64,000 nucleotides of DNA from Candidatus Latescibacterota bacterium (GTDB taxonomy: Bacteria; Latescibacterota; UBA2968): positions 160,001 through 224,000 of the forward strand of contig OZ220741.1 in assembly GCA_965116885.1 (NCBI GenBank), written 5' to 3'. Below are positions 38,704 through 50,086 of the stretch, piece after piece. The notes beneath the pieces were generated by a model. That model saw only the letters and a list, made by a program, of their open reading frames with translations. It was not told the DNA's origin and did not search any database. Each line of letters opens with the position of its first letter. Position 1 is the stretch's first letter. Both the position numbers and the translations under genes were made by a program.

Positions 38704-40455
38704 TCACCTCTGATCCCACAATTGCCGCATCTCCGCACTCGATTTGAGCAACTCGTCCAGAGTCCCCACCCCTTCAATACGACCATTTTTCAGAACGACA
38801 ATTTGATCGGCGCGGCGAAGCGCGGGACGGCGGTGAGAAACCACGAGACAGGTAGCCCGGCGGTGTTCAAAAACGCGCCGCCAAAGAATGCGCTCGGTCT
38901 CCACATCCAGAGCAGAAGATAGATCGTCGAAAACCAAAAATTCGGGATCGCGAATAAACATGCGGGCTGCGGCAGTGCGCTGAATTTGACCGCCAGAAAG
39001 TTTGACACCGCGCGGTCCAACAATTGTATCCAGACCGTTTTCAAGGGTGGGAATATCGGTCTCCATGACGCCATTGTAAAGCGCGTGTTCGAGTGCTCGT
39101 GGATCATCGGGTAATCCCAAAAGAATATTATCGCGCAGAGACTCGCTGAAAAGACGCGGGATTTGCGGCGTATAAGCACAGCGAGGAGGCGTAAAAAAAG
39201 TTTTGGGATCCGCGACCTTCTCACCATTCCAGTAAACATCCCCGCTCGCAACCGGAAGAACACCGAGAAGTGCGCGGATGAGCGTGGTCTTGCCCGATCC
39301 GATTTGCCCCGTAACAACTGTAAACGACCCAGCGGGAATAGCGAGATCAATATCGTAAATCCCATTTTCAGACTTGGGATAAATATAAGTCATATTGCGA
39401 ATGGTAAGTGCGTTGAGCTTGTCCGATTCCTCACGGGATGGCAACGCCAATCCATCGGGGTTTCTACTGAGATAAACATCCGTGTGTTGAGAGATGCGTT
39501 CGCGGGGAATATCTTCAACAGTATATGCCATTCGAAAATAAGAAACTTCGGCGCGCTTGTGGTTGGTGAGAATGGTCCCAAGCAGAGAACCGCTTCGGGC
39601 AACCTGACCGACGTAAGTTGCAAAAAGTGCCATATCCCCAACCGTGAACGTGCCCGACTTCATTTTTTCCGCCACGAGAATCAGGATAACGCCCGTGGCA
39701 ATATGACCCAAATTGAAATTGATCGAACTGAGAATCTGAGTGAAGAGATTGTCGATAAGAGTAGATACGCGGCGCGCATCATTGAGTTGCCGAAAGCGGT
39801 CAATCACATGGGCTTGCGTTGTAGCGACTTTGACAGCGAGGATAGACTGAAACATCTCATTGATAAAATTGGTAGATCGCTCCGTTGCAACGCGCTGCGC
39901 GGTGCGGTATTTGTGAATATACTTGCGAGCAAAATCCACAACAATAACCACGCATATCGCCGGTATAATCGTTATAAAAGTGATATAGGGATCAATTCTC
40001 GACATATAAAAAATGGCGAGCACCGCAAATACGAGATTGCCCCACATGTGGATATATCGATTGAGGTATTGAATAATGCCCAATACATCGTCTCGAAATC
40101 GGTTGGTCACCTCGCCAGAGGCGGTGGAAATCTTTCCCGGATCTCGAACTTCGAGAATAGCAGTCATAAGATTTTTCCGCAAAAGCGTTTCAATAGCATA
40201 CCACCAACGCGGCCAAGCAAAAGCCGAACCAAAAAGGGCGATGCGGTCGCCAATCTCAACAGCGACAAAAAGCGCGACAAGCGACCAGGCAGTGAACCCC
40301 GCTTCGGCCTGACCGGTAAGCGCGTCAAAAAACCCCTTCATAATAACGCCCGCGAGAAAAGGCGCGACATCGTCGATACCGCGAAAAAATATCGTAGTCA
40401 AAAAAAGTCCGGGACGGAACTTGAGCAACCGCCATGTCGTTTGCCCCATCGTCAT
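38704..40455 (-). CDS. ABC exporter, fused permease/ATPase (heterodimer subunit B)
   Basis: TMD plus [17 protein letters not shown] Walker B variant. Confidence 0.9.
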   Translation of the reverse strand: MTMGQTTWRLLKFRPGLFLTTIFFRGIDDVAPFLAGVIMKGFFDALTGQAEAGFTAWSLVALFVAVEIGDRIALFGSAFAWPRWWYAIETLLRKNLMTAILEVRDPGKISTASGEVTNRFRDDVLGIIQYLNRYIHMWGNLVFAVLAIFYMSRIDPYITFITIIPAICVVIVVDFARKYIHKYRTAQRVATERSTNFINEMFQSILAVKVATTQAHVIDRFRQLNDARRVSTLIDNLFTQILSSINFNLGHIATGVILILVAEKMKSGTFTVGDMALFATYVGQVARSGSLLGTILTNHKRAEVSYFRMAYTVEDIPRERISQHTDVYLSRNPDGLALPSREESDKLNALTIRNMTYIYPKSENGIYDIDLAIPAGSFTVVTGQIGSGKTTLIRALLGVLPVASGDVYWNGEKVADPKTFFTPPRCAYTPQIPRLFSESLRDNILLGLPDDPRALEHALYNGVMETDIPTLENGLDTIVGPRGVKLSGGQIQRTAAARMFIRDPEFLVFDDLSSALDVETERILWRRVFEHRRATCLVVSHRRPALRRADQIVVLKNGRIEGVGTLDELLKSSAEMRQLWDQR

Positions 40456-42242
40456 GCGATAAGTTCCTCCAGACCCGTATTGAGCAGACGTGAAAACTGC
40501 GAATTCGGATCTTCGACCAGTTCTTTGCGAAGGCCAAATTCCCCCACCTGCCCATCGTCGAGAATGAGGATATTATCCACGCGCTCTACAGTCTCAAGGC
40601 GATGCGCGATAATAATACCCGTGCGATTTTGCAACAGGCGTTCCACTGCAAAGTTGATATTCTGCTCGGTTGCGGGATCGAGCCGCGATGATGGCTCGTC
40701 CAAAATGACCAGACCGGGATCTTTGAGGAAAACGCGGGCAAAGGCGAGCAATTGGGCTTCGCCAGCCGAAAGACTACCCGAGACCAGCTCGGTATCCAAC
40801 CCCCCAGGCAATGACGCATACCACGCACCAAGACCGAGATCTTCGAGCATGGCGACGATTTTTTTATCCGAAACATCGGGTCGAAAAAGAGTGAGATTGT
40901 CGCGTACACTGGCATTAAAAAGCTGCACATCCTGCGTAACGAGACCGACGTGCTGCCGCAAATCGTCAATCAAAATATCCCGGATATTTTGATCGCCAAT
41001 GCGAATTTGTCCGCTCTGAATATCGTAAAAGCGAAAGAGCAAGCGGGTAATGGTGGTCTTGCCACTGCCCGTGCGCCCCAACAGGCCGAGGGTCTTGCCC
41101 GGTTCGAGAGAAAAGGAAATATTCCGCAGAACGGAATCGCCGGGATTGTACGCAAAATGGACATTGTCAAACGCAATGCCCAAAGAATGATCAGCAGCCA
41201 ATTTTTCACTCCCATCCAGAATGCGGGTCTGGATGCGGTGGAGTTCTTCAATGCGTTTAAGCCCGGCAGTCGCGCGTTGCAAATCGTTGATCTGCTGGCT
41301 AATTTGAAAAAGCGGTTCGCGCAACATCGACGTATAGTGAAAAACGAGAAAAACCGCGCCAATTGTAAACGTACCCTCCCGATAAAGCCAGATACCCATG
41401 CCCATTGCAAGCGCGTAACCGAGCGCGAACATAATACCGGTAATCGCACGCAATCCCTCGCTCATTAACTCGGATTTCTTCACACGGGCAAAAACGCCGT
41501 TATTCACCCCGTAAAACCGATTTATTGTGTAATCACCTGCACCATTTGTTCGGATGTCTTCGAGACCGAGCAATCGCTCTTCGATAAACCCGTACAAACG
41601 CGCATAACTTTCGCGTTCCGCCGTGTAAATGGGCACGGCAATATTGCGCGTGAGATTAAAAACAACAAAGGCGAGAATCGAAAAAGCGGTCAGCGCTGCG
41701 CCCACGCGCCAATCTTCGCGAAAGACGAGGATGAGGACGCCCAAAAGAAAAAATGAGCTTCCAATAACGTGGATGACAAATTGCGAAAAAAAATTGGACA
41801 GTGCCGTCGTATCGCCGTCAACGCGCTCGATCATCTCGCCCGGAGTGTGCGCGTGGTGAAAGCCCATATCGAGATTGAGGCAGTGGTGCGCGAGCGTATT
41901 CCGCATCTGATTCGTTGCGCGCCAGCCCACATCTTGCCCCAAATAAGAACTCACAATTTGCACGCCCTGGCGAATAATACCAATGGCGAGAAAGGCAATA
42001 CCCGCCCATACCAAATTTTGCACGGCGCCATCTGCCTGCGCCGTATCGATGAAATATCGAATAATTTGGGGATTGAGCAGATTGAGACCAATACCGGTGA
42101 ACATGAAAACGCCGAGAAAAACAACGCGCTTCCAATGAGGGCGAAGATAGTGTATCAGGAGAGTGGCATAATGCCTGAGAGGGACGCGTTCCAATAGGAT
42201 TCCCAAAAAAGAAGAAGAAAAACCGACGCCCGAAAAGATCAA
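40452..42242 (-). CDS. ABC exporter, fused permease/ATPase (heterodimer subunit A)
   Basis: TMD plus [21 protein letters not shown]. Start uncertain. Confidence 0.9.
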   Translation of the reverse strand: MIFSGVGFSSSFLGILLERVPLRHYATLLIHYLRPHWKRVVFLGVFMFTGIGLNLLNPQIIRYFIDTAQADGAVQNLVWAGIAFLAIGIIRQGVQIVSSYLGQDVGWRATNQMRNTLAHHCLNLDMGFHHAHTPGEMIERVDGDTTALSNFFSQFVIHVIGSSFFLLGVLILVFREDWRVGAALTAFSILAFVVFNLTRNIAVPIYTAERESYARLYGFIEERLLGLEDIRTNGAGDYTINRFYGVNNGVFARVKKSELMSEGLRAITGIMFALGYALAMGMGIWLYREGTFTIGAVFLVFHYTSMLREPLFQISQQINDLQRATAGLKRIEELHRIQTRILDGSEKLAADHSLGIAFDNVHFAYNPGDSVLRNISFSLEPGKTLGLLGRTGSGKTTITRLLFRFYDIQSGQIRIGDQNIRDILIDDLRQHVGLVTQDVQLFNASVRDNLTLFRPDVSDKKIVAMLEDLGLGAWYASLPGGLDTELVSGSLSAGEAQLLAFARVFLKDPGLVILDEPSSRLDPATEQNINFAVERLLQNRTGIIIAHRLETVERVDNILILDDGQVGEFGLRKELVEDPNSQFSRLLNTGLEELIA

Positions 42243-42327
42243 AGTTCTTGAAAATTACGATGTCGCATGTTAATTTCCAAATAAAATTTAACCACTAACA
42301 CTATAATCCAACTTGTCTTTTAGTGAT

Positions 42328-43602
42328 ATGCCCCCTAAACTCATCTCCCTTCTAAAAAACACGGGCCTCGACATCCACTGGGAAAAATCCGTCGCAACCT
42401 TCCCCGGCAACCTCTCCTTTCTCCAGCCCGAAGCCATCCGAGAAAACGGCGACTGGGCAAATCTTCCGCCCGACGCCATAGACTTTGCAATCCGCGCCGC
42501 TCAAAAAATCGCCACAGACCCCGACCTCGCGCTCATGGCCTGGCATGCCCATCGCCTCCTCTTCATCGCCCAAAAGACAGCCCGCGACTGGCCCCTCCTC
42601 ACCCCCGTACTCGGCAATTACGGCGGTGCTTTTTATCTCCTCATCGCGCTATCGGGCATACCACAACTCCGCACCTACCACCAATCGCGCAACATCCCCG
42701 AACACATCACCCGTCTGACCTGCCGCGACACGTACGTCTGGGCGCAGCAATACCACGACATCGGCATTTTCAAAAACGATCGTTTCTTCCACCCGGGTGA
42801 CTCCGGTGCCTGGGGATTATGCACGCGCATCTTACCCTGGCTACTCGGCCATCTCAACGGCGACCTCTATCGCATAGGACGCCTGCAATACAAAATAGGA
42901 CCCTTTCGCCAGAAAATGCGCGCGTACCGCCATCGCACCTCTACGCAAATATGTCTCCTGTGCGAATCCGGATTGGAATTTCGCACCGACGGCAACTTCA
43001 ACGGCGCGGGCGGAAGGGAAGATCCTGAGCCCTGGACATCCGAACTCACCGAAACCGCGACCCATATCACCGGCAACCCCATACACCCCAACGGCCACGC
43101 ACAACGCCAGCCGGTCAGCCTCTCGCGCTCCCACTGGGATTGCGTCCTCACCGAAGGCGATCCAATACTCGAAATTCACATCCCCGAAGACGGACCAATG
43201 GCATTTGAAAATTGTGGCGACTCCCTCCGCCAGGTCGCCGAATTCTTTCCCAAACACTTCCCCGACCGCCCCTTCAAAGCAATCTGCTGCACATCCTGGC
43301 TGCTCGACCCCACATACCAGCACTTACTCTCCAAAAATTCCAACATCGTTCGCTTCCAGCGCGAATGTTATCTCTTCCCGCTCAACTCGCGTAGCAAATA
43401 CAGCAGCCTCGATCGCATCTTCGGTCCATACTCCCACGACCTCTCCACAGCCCCGCGCGACAGCAGCATGAGAGCCGCAGTAATCGATCACATCGACAAC
43501 GGCGGCTGCCTCATCAGCGGCGGCTGTCTCCTCTGGACAGACCACCTCGACAAATGGGGCACCCAATTTTATCTCCACCAACACCCCATTCCCCAAAGTT
43601 GA
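42328..43602 (+). CDS. Acyltransferase-domain protein (GNAT-like C-terminus; glycopeptide N-acyltransferase-like family)
   Basis: LYRIGRLQY, LEIHIP, CTSWLLDP, SNIVRFQ, SSMR motifs. Confidence 0.65.
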   Translation: MPPKLISLLKNTGLDIHWEKSVATFPGNLSFLQPEAIRENGDWANLPPDAIDFAIRAAQKIATDPDLALMAWHAHRLLFIAQKTARDWPLLTPVLGNYGGAFYLLIALSGIPQLRTYHQSRNIPEHITRLTCRDTYVWAQQYHDIGIFKNDRFFHPGDSGAWGLCTRILPWLLGHLNGDLYRIGRLQYKIGPFRQKMRAYRHRTSTQICLLCESGLEFRTDGNFNGAGGREDPEPWTSELTETATHITGNPIHPNGHAQRQPVSLSRSHWDCVLTEGDPILEIHIPEDGPMAFENCGDSLRQVAEFFPKHFPDRPFKAICCTSWLLDPTYQHLLSKNSNIVRFQRECYLFPLNSRSKYSSLDRIFGPYSHDLSTAPRDSSMRAAVIDHIDNGGCLISGGCLLWTDHLDKWGTQFYLHQHPIPQS

Positions 43603-43627
43603 CATCTCCCCAAACACACATTACCTT
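43599..43627 (+). promoter_or_regulatory. Sigma70-type promoter for the ABC-2 operon
   Basis: TTGACA-17 nt-TACCTT. Confidence 0.5.
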
Positions 43628-43652
43628 TCCCCAGCCTCCGTTCCCGTCCCCA

Positions 43653-43718
43653 AGCAGTCAGCGGTCAGCAGTCAGCCCGCCCAACCCCCAGCCCTTTAAT
43701 TTTTAATTCTTAATTCCC
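43653..43718. repeat. Two heptamer arrays: (AGCRGTC) x3 and (YYTTAAT) x3 plus TCCC, directly before the ATG
   Basis: Read directly from the sequence. Confidence 0.8.
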
Positions 43719-44693
43719 ATGTCCAACACCCCCGACATCACCGTCCAGAACCTCGGAAAAACTTATGAAGTACCCCAGCGAGAACCCGGATTGGGTGCAG
43801 CCATCAAAAGCCTTATCTCGCGCACCACACGCGACGTCGAAGCCGTCAAAAACATCTCCTTTGACGTTGCCCCAGGCGAAATTGTCGGATTTTTAGGACC
43901 CAATGGCGCAGGCAAAACCACCACCCTCAAAATGCTCTCGGGCTTGCTCCACCCCACAGCCGGCGAAATCTCAGTCATTGGACACACGCCTTATGCGCGC
44001 CACAAAAATTTCCTCAACCGCATCACCCTCGTCATGGGCCAGCGCAACCAGCTCATGTGGGACATTCCCGTAGCCGACTCTTTTGAACGCAACCGCGCAA
44101 TCTATCGCATTTCTCACAGCGAATACAACAAAACCCTCGGCGAACTCAGCGCCTTACTCGACCTGAGCGATTTGCTTTCCAAACCCGTGCGCAATCTCTC
44201 ATTGGGCGAACGCATGAAATGTGAAATCGCCGCAGCCTTGCTCCACCGTCCAAAGATTCTCTTCCTCGACGAACCCACCATTGGCCTCGACGTCACCATG
44301 CAACGCCGCATCCGCGCCTTCCTGGGCGAATACAACCGCCGCCACAGCGCAACCGTATTGCTCACCTCGCATTACATGGCCGATGTCGAAGCCCTGTGCA
44401 AGCGCGTCATTGTCATTCACCACGGCGAACTGCTCTTCGACGGCGATTTGAGCACGCTCATCGAACGCTTTTCACCCCACAAAACCATAGTCGTCGATCT
44501 CGAAACCGAACGCGCCGACCTCTCCTCCTACGGCGAAGTCGTCACCGCCGAAGGCAACAGCGTAACCCTGCGCGTACCCAAAACAAAAACCGCCGATGTC
44601 ACCGGAAAATTGCTCGCCAACTTACCCGTCATTGACCTCACAGTTGAAGACCCTCCCATAGAAGAAGTCATCGAACAGGTATTCTCAAATTGA
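43719..44693 (+). CDS. ABC transporter ATP-binding protein
   Basis: GPNGAGKTT, LSLGERMK, LDEPTIGLD, TSH. Confidence 0.92.
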   Translation: MSNTPDITVQNLGKTYEVPQREPGLGAAIKSLISRTTRDVEAVKNISFDVAPGEIVGFLGPNGAGKTTTLKMLSGLLHPTAGEISVIGHTPYARHKNFLNRITLVMGQRNQLMWDIPVADSFERNRAIYRISHSEYNKTLGELSALLDLSDLLSKPVRNLSLGERMKCEIAAALLHRPKILFLDEPTIGLDVTMQRRIRAFLGEYNRRHSATVLLTSHYMADVEALCKRVIVIHHGELLFDGDLSTLIERFSPHKTIVVDLETERADLSSYGEVVTAEGNSVTLRVPKTKTADVTGKLLANLPVIDLTVEDPPIEEVIEQVFSN

Positions 44694-45493
44694 AACATTA
44701 TACCGCCATCTACTGGGCCTTTTTCAAGACCTCATTGCTCGAACAATTTCAATATCGCGCCGCCATGGCGATATGGATGATCGGCCGCATTCTCGAACCC
44801 ATCATCTACCTCACCGTATGGACGACAGTCGCCCATGCGCGCGGAGGTAGCGTGGGATCCTATTCACCTGCCGACTTTGCCGCTTATTACATCATCCTCA
44901 TGCTCGTCAACCAATTCACTTTTTCCTGGATCGTGCACATATACGACTTTCGCATTCGCCAGGGCGAACTCTCCAACTTCTTGCTCAAACCCATCCACCC
45001 CATACACGCCGACATTGCCGAAAATATCGCGTACAAAGTCCTGACCGCTGTCATCATTTTTCCCACCGCAATTTTGCTCTTCCTTCTCTTTGACCCCAAT
45101 CTCGTCTTTCACATCCAGACATTCGCCGTCTTTTTACTCGCATTGGGCATAGCGTTCCTCATGCGATTCTTCATCGAATGGACCCTCGCCCTCGTCGCCT
45201 TCTGGACCACGCGCAATGAAGCCATCAATCAAATGTACTTCACACTCGGCCTATTTCTCTCCGGGCGCATCGCACCCATCGACCTGCTGCCGGATGCGAT
45301 CCAGACCCTCGCCGACGCGCTCCCCTTTCGCTGGGCGATTGCATTTCCCGTCGAACTCATGCTCGGTCGCCTTTCGCAAGAACAAATTTGGAACGGATTC
45401 ACCATGCAAGCCGTTTGGCTGCTCGCGGGTTTTCTGTTAATCCAACTCACCTGGCGGTTGGGCGTCAAAAAATACTCGGCAGTTGGATCATAG
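44690..45493 (+). CDS. ABC-2 family permease (DUF990-like)
   Basis: QYR, IRQGELS..LLKP, LSG..AP.DLLP, LPF...P. Confidence 0.85.
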   Translation: MKHYTAIYWAFFKTSLLEQFQYRAAMAIWMIGRILEPIIYLTVWTTVAHARGGSVGSYSPADFAAYYIILMLVNQFTFSWIVHIYDFRIRQGELSNFLLKPIHPIHADIAENIAYKVLTAVIIFPTAILLFLLFDPNLVFHIQTFAVFLLALGIAFLMRFFIEWTLALVAFWTTRNEAINQMYFTLGLFLSGRIAPIDLLPDAIQTLADALPFRWAIAFPVELMLGRLSQEQIWNGFTMQAVWLLAGFLLIQLTWRLGVKKYSAVGS

Positions 45494-45504
45494 GCACTTC
45501 ACCC

Positions 45505-46290
45505 ATGTACTACTTAAAACTAATATGGACCTTCTTCCGCATTGGCATCCTCAACGAAATGGCCTATCGCGTGAACTTCTACGTCCAACTCCTGCAATCC
45601 ATTCTCAGCCTGGGCACAGCCATCGCGGGTCTGGCAATCGTATTTTCACACACCGATACCCTCGGCGGATGGCAGGCCGTTGATATCCTCGCACTACTCG
45701 GCGTATTTATGTTCGTAGGCGGCGTGATCGGCATGGTCATAAATCCCAGCATGAGCCAGCTCATGGACGATGTGCTACGCGGCCTATTCGACTACACCCT
45801 CATCAAACCGTGCGACGCGCAATTCCTCGCCAGCATCTCGCAAATCCGCTTATGGCGGCTCACCGATATTCTACTCGGCGCGGGCGTGCTCATTGCCGCG
45901 CTGATCTATCGGGGCCTCGATATTGGACCGCGTGAAGCCCTCGCCTTCGCCTTTGTTCTCTGTACCGGGGGCAGCATCATCTACAGCTTCTGGCTCATAC
46001 TCGCCACCCTCACCTTCTGGTTCTTGCGCATCGAAAACATCCTCCACATCTTCCAGAGCATGTACGAAGCCGGCCGCTGGCCCATTGGCATCTACCCCCA
46101 CTGGCTGCGCTATATCCTCACATTCCTCGTACCCGTGGCATTTGCCATCACAGTACCTGCCGAAGCACTCTCGGGGCGCCTGACACCCGAAAGCATGATC
46201 ACATCTGGCCTGCTGTGTGCCTTTCTCATCGCATTCTCGCGCTGGTTTTGGAAACGCGGCCTTAAAAATTACTCCGGCGCATCGGCATAA
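45505..46290 (+). CDS. ABC-2 family permease (DUF990-like)
   Basis: AYRVNF, G.FD..LIKP, RWP..IY, W.RGL..YSGASA. Start re-called at MYYLK. Confidence 0.85.
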   Translation: MYYLKLIWTFFRIGILNEMAYRVNFYVQLLQSILSLGTAIAGLAIVFSHTDTLGGWQAVDILALLGVFMFVGGVIGMVINPSMSQLMDDVLRGLFDYTLIKPCDAQFLASISQIRLWRLTDILLGAGVLIAALIYRGLDIGPREALAFAFVLCTGGSIIYSFWLILATLTFWFLRIENILHIFQSMYEAGRWPIGIYPHWLRYILTFLVPVAFAITVPAEALSGRLTPESMITSGLLCAFLIAFSRWFWKRGLKNYSGASA

Positions 46291-46301
46291 TAGTCATCCG
46301 T

Positions 46302-46330
46302 TTGACTTTCCAGATTCTATCGGCTATTTT
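46302..46330 (+). promoter_or_regulatory. Sigma70-type promoter for the sugar operon
   Basis: TTGACT-17 nt-TATTTT, with TAAGGAG SD before the ATG at 46375. Confidence 0.45.
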
Positions 46331-46374
46331 ACCCCTGCTTTCAACACCAGACAATACACATAAGGAGTTTCACA

Positions 46375-48033
46375 ATGGCCTACCAACTTCCCGAACTCGC
46401 CGAACCCGAAGCACCTAAAAAGAACGAAGTCGTACTCATTGCCAATGGCGACCTGCGCTTATCTGCCAACCAGATGTGCTGGCCCGCACAAGAGGCAATG
46501 GAAAAAACCATCATAGCCGCAATCCAACGCGAAGGATGGAAAGTCCGCCGCGGACACCCCTACAAACAAGACGAGGAACACGGCTTTATCGGATCGCAAA
46601 AAGAGGGCATGGCCGTCTTCAAAAATATCCATCCCGACGCCCCCCTCATCGTAGCCGAGGCCGTCTGGCAATACAGCCACCACGTGCTTCACGGCCTGAT
46701 CTCACACCGCGGCCCCATCCTCACCCTTGCCAACTGGTCTGGGCAGTGGCCCGGCCTCGTCGGCATGCTCAATCTCAACGGCTCCCTCACCAAAGCCGGG
46801 GTTGAATACAGCACCCTGTGGAGCCTGGACTTTACCGACGACTTCTTCAAACGCGGCCTGCGCGAATGGCTCACCAGCGGCAGCGTCACCCACGACACCT
46901 CCCATGTACGCGACGCCAACACCTTCCGCCTGCCCGAAGTCGAAGCGCAACTCGGACAGGCACTCGCCGAACAACTCCAGCGCGAAAAAGCCATCATGGG
47001 CGTCTTTGACGAAGGCTGCATGGGCATGTTCAACGCCATCATCCCCGACCACTTGCTCAATCCCACAGGCGTCTTCAAAGAACGCCTCTCACAATCTGCG
47101 CTCTGGGCAGAAATGCAAACCGTCACAGATGCAGAAGCAAGTGCTGTTCGCACCTGGCTCGAAGGCAAGGGCCTCACCTTTGTCACCGGTACAAATGCCA
47201 CGGATGAACTCACCGACGATCAGATCGCAATGCAATGCAAAATGTACATTGCCGCCGTACGCATAGCCGATGATTTTGGTTGCGCCACCATTGGCATTCA
47301 ATACCAACAGGGCCTCAAAGACCTGTGCCCGGCATCTGATCTGGTCGAAGGCATTCTCAACAACGCAGATCGTCCCCCGGTCAAAGCGCGCGCCAATGGT
47401 CAGGTCCTCTACGAAGGCGAGGCACTCCCGCATTTCAACGAAGTCGATGAATGCGCTGGCCTCGACGGCCTGATCACCAACCGCATCTGGAAAGCACTGG
47501 GGCAGCCACCCGAAAACACCTTGCACGACCTGCGCTGGGGCGAACACTATCGGGGAAATGGCATCGACGACTACGTATGGGTCTTTCTCATCTCTGGTGG
47601 CGCACCGCCCGCACACTATATCGACGGGTACAAAGGCACCTCTTCCGAACGCCAGCCCAGCATGTATTTCCCTCTCGGCGGCGGCACCTGCAAAGGCGTG
47701 AGCAAACCCGGCGAAATCGTCTGGAGCCGCATCTTCGTCCAAAATGACGAACTGCACATGGACATTGGCCGCGGTGGTGTCGTCGAACTCCCACAAATAG
47801 AAACCGACCACCGCTGGCGTGCCACCACCCCGCAGTGGCCCATTATGCACGCCGTCACCTACGGCATCTCCCGCGACCAGATGATGGCCCGCCACAAAGC
47901 CAACCACATCCAGGTCGTTTATGCCGAATCTGCACAGGCCGCCAACAACGCGCTGGCCGTAAAAATTGCCATGATGCAAGCATTGGGCGTCAAAGTTCAT
48001 CTGTGTGGCACAAATAACGGATTGGTGGATTAA
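46375..48033 (+). CDS. L-fucose/D-arabinose isomerase-like protein
   Basis: [50 protein letters not shown]. Confidence 0.8.
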   Translation: MAYQLPELAEPEAPKKNEVVLIANGDLRLSANQMCWPAQEAMEKTIIAAIQREGWKVRRGHPYKQDEEHGFIGSQKEGMAVFKNIHPDAPLIVAEAVWQYSHHVLHGLISHRGPILTLANWSGQWPGLVGMLNLNGSLTKAGVEYSTLWSLDFTDDFFKRGLREWLTSGSVTHDTSHVRDANTFRLPEVEAQLGQALAEQLQREKAIMGVFDEGCMGMFNAIIPDHLLNPTGVFKERLSQSALWAEMQTVTDAEASAVRTWLEGKGLTFVTGTNATDELTDDQIAMQCKMYIAAVRIADDFGCATIGIQYQQGLKDLCPASDLVEGILNNADRPPVKARANGQVLYEGEALPHFNEVDECAGLDGLITNRIWKALGQPPENTLHDLRWGEHYRGNGIDDYVWVFLISGGAPPAHYIDGYKGTSSERQPSMYFPLGGGTCKGVSKPGEIVWSRIFVQNDELHMDIGRGGVVELPQIETDHRWRATTPQWPIMHAVTYGISRDQMMARHKANHIQVVYAESAQAANNALAVKIAMMQALGVKVHLCGTNNGLVD

Positions 48034-48034
48034 C

Positions 48035-49045
48035 ATGGACCGTGTTCGTATTGGCGTTATCGGCGTGGGCAATATCGCCCGCAACTACCATTTACCCCCT
48101 GTACACGCACTTCCAAATGCCGAACTCGTCGCCGTTGCAGACCTCGACGAATCGCTCAGATTAAGAGCACAGAAACAGTTCGGCTTTCGCGATGCGTACA
48201 CCGATTACCGTCGCATTTTAGACCGCGACGACATTCACGCCATCCTGCTCCTCACCCGCGTGAATACACGCACCGAAATCATTCCCGCAGCCCTCGAAGC
48301 GGGCAAACACGTCTTCACGCAAAAGCCCTTTGCACTGACAAATGAAGACGCCGAGTTTCTCGCCCAGGCAGCCAAACGCACGGGCAATCGCCTCGTCTGC
48401 AGCTTCATGCATCGCTACTTTCCGCATACCCAGGGCGCGCGCCAAATCTTGAAAGAGGGCAAAATCGGCCGCCTCGAAATGGTGCGCCATCGCAACTGCA
48501 TCGGCAGCCACTACGACAACGCCGTCCGCTTGTGGGGCGGCGTCCTCGACATCGGTACACACGGCATAGACGTCATCCGGTATCTCACCGAACAAGACGT
48601 CGTCAAAGTACAGGCCATGATGGACCCGTATCTCACCAATGCAAACCTGCCGATAGACCCCACCATCAACCGCCCCAATGAAACCGTAGCCATCATGAAT
48701 TTCGAAATGTCTGGCGGTACCCTCGTCACCTTTGAAATGCACTGGACCCAACGCGGTGGCGCAGGAGCCTATTACGCCGAACACTACGGCGATGGCGGCT
48801 CGATGTTCATCAAACATCCCATTGCGCCCGCAACCCTCGTTTACACCCAGGGCCACAAAGGCGACTGGATCCAACCCGACCTCGAACAACACCCCAAAGG
48901 CCACCTGCACCACAAAATCTTCATAGACGACATCCTCAACAACACCTGTGAAAGTGCCACCCCCGAAGACGCCGTGGCCACCGTAAAAATTATCAACGCT
49001 GCTTACGAAGCGGCACAAACTGGAAAAACAATCACCGTAGGCTAA
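48035..49045 (+). CDS. Gfo/Idh/MocA-family oxidoreductase
   Basis: GVIGVGNIA, GKHVFTQKP, DIGTH..D. Start re-called at MDRVRIG. Confidence 0.9.
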   Translation: MDRVRIGVIGVGNIARNYHLPPVHALPNAELVAVADLDESLRLRAQKQFGFRDAYTDYRRILDRDDIHAILLLTRVNTRTEIIPAALEAGKHVFTQKPFALTNEDAEFLAQAAKRTGNRLVCSFMHRYFPHTQGARQILKEGKIGRLEMVRHRNCIGSHYDNAVRLWGGVLDIGTHGIDVIRYLTEQDVVKVQAMMDPYLTNANLPIDPTINRPNETVAIMNFEMSGGTLVTFEMHWTQRGGAGAYYAEHYGDGGSMFIKHPIAPATLVYTQGHKGDWIQPDLEQHPKGHLHHKIFIDDILNNTCESATPEDAVATVKIINAAYEAAQTGKTITVG

Positions 49046-49062
49046 AAAAAGGACACCTTGCT

Positions 49063-50007
49063 ATGAAAATCGCGCTCGTCATCCGCCCGTTCACCGATGA
49101 AAACCTTCAGACCGCGCTTCAAATGGGCGTGGAAGATGTCGTAACGGTCTTACCCAATGCGGGTCCCATCTGGGATTATCTCGCCATCTTGCGCCACAAA
49201 AAACGCATAGAAGACCAGGGCTTGCGCTGGTCTGTGGTCGAATCTGTTCCCATCTCGGACAACATCAAACTGGGCCTTGAAGGCCGCGACCGTGAAATCG
49301 ACAACTACTGCCAGACCATTCGCAACCTCGGCGCAGCGGGCATTCCCGTAATGTGCTACAACTGGATGACCATCTTTGGCTGGATGCGCACCTCAATGAC
49401 CACCCGCACGCGCGGCAATGCCCTCGTCAGCACCTACGACCACACCGACATGGAAGACGCGCCCCCCATCACCGACTACGGCGACATCACCGAAGAACGC
49501 CTCTGGGAAAACCTCGAATACTTCCTCAAAAGAGTGATTCCCGTTGCCGAAGAAGCCGGCGTCAAACAGGGCCTGCACCCCGACGACCCCCCACTCTCGC
49601 CCATTCGCGGCGTTGCCCGCATCATCACCAACCCCGAAGCATACAATCGCGTCCTCTCTTTTATCCCCAGCGAATACAATGGCATCACCTATTGCCAGGG
49701 CAACTTCAAAGCCATGGGTGCCGATATCCCAGCCACCATACACCACTTCAAAGACCACATCCACTTCGCCCACTTCCGCGATCTCCACGGCCAGGTCCCC
49801 ACCTTCTCCGAATCCTTTCACGACGACGGCGACACCGACATGGCAGAGGCCATTCGCGCGTACAAAGCAATCGGGTTTACGGGCGTCATTCGCCCCGACC
49901 ACACGCCCACATTTGCGATAGACGAGGAGGATATAGGCGGCTATAATTTCCTCGGACGGCTCTATGCGGTCGGGTACATGCGTGGTCTCATACATGGAAC
50001 AGACTAA
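49063..50007 (+). CDS. uxuA: Mannonate dehydratase
   Basis: VVES, CYNWM, LHPDDPP, CQGN, HFRD, RPDHTP, GRLYAVGY.RGL. Confidence 0.9.
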   Translation: MKIALVIRPFTDENLQTALQMGVEDVVTVLPNAGPIWDYLAILRHKKRIEDQGLRWSVVESVPISDNIKLGLEGRDREIDNYCQTIRNLGAAGIPVMCYNWMTIFGWMRTSMTTRTRGNALVSTYDHTDMEDAPPITDYGDITEERLWENLEYFLKRVIPVAEEAGVKQGLHPDDPPLSPIRGVARIITNPEAYNRVLSFIPSEYNGITYCQGNFKAMGADIPATIHHFKDHIHFAHFRDLHGQVPTFSESFHDDGDTDMAEAIRAYKAIGFTGVIRPDHTPTFAIDEEDIGGYNFLGRLYAVGYMRGLIHGTD

Positions 50008-50026
50008 GAATCATAAAATCTGAAAC

Positions 50027-50062
50027 AAAAAAAGGGCTGCGATCTTACGACCGCAGCCCTTT
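50027..50062. terminator. Intrinsic (probably bidirectional) terminator between the convergent uxuA and porV-like genes
   Basis: AAAGGGCTGCG...CGCAGCCCTTT stem, with an A-run upstream and TTT downstream. Confidence 0.75.
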
Positions 50063-50086
50063 GTGTAGCTAATGGAAAAGCTTCAC

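Noticed and set aside
39163..40992. 609-aa plus-strand ORF
   Set aside because: Antisense to the ABC exporter genes; no recognisable domain.
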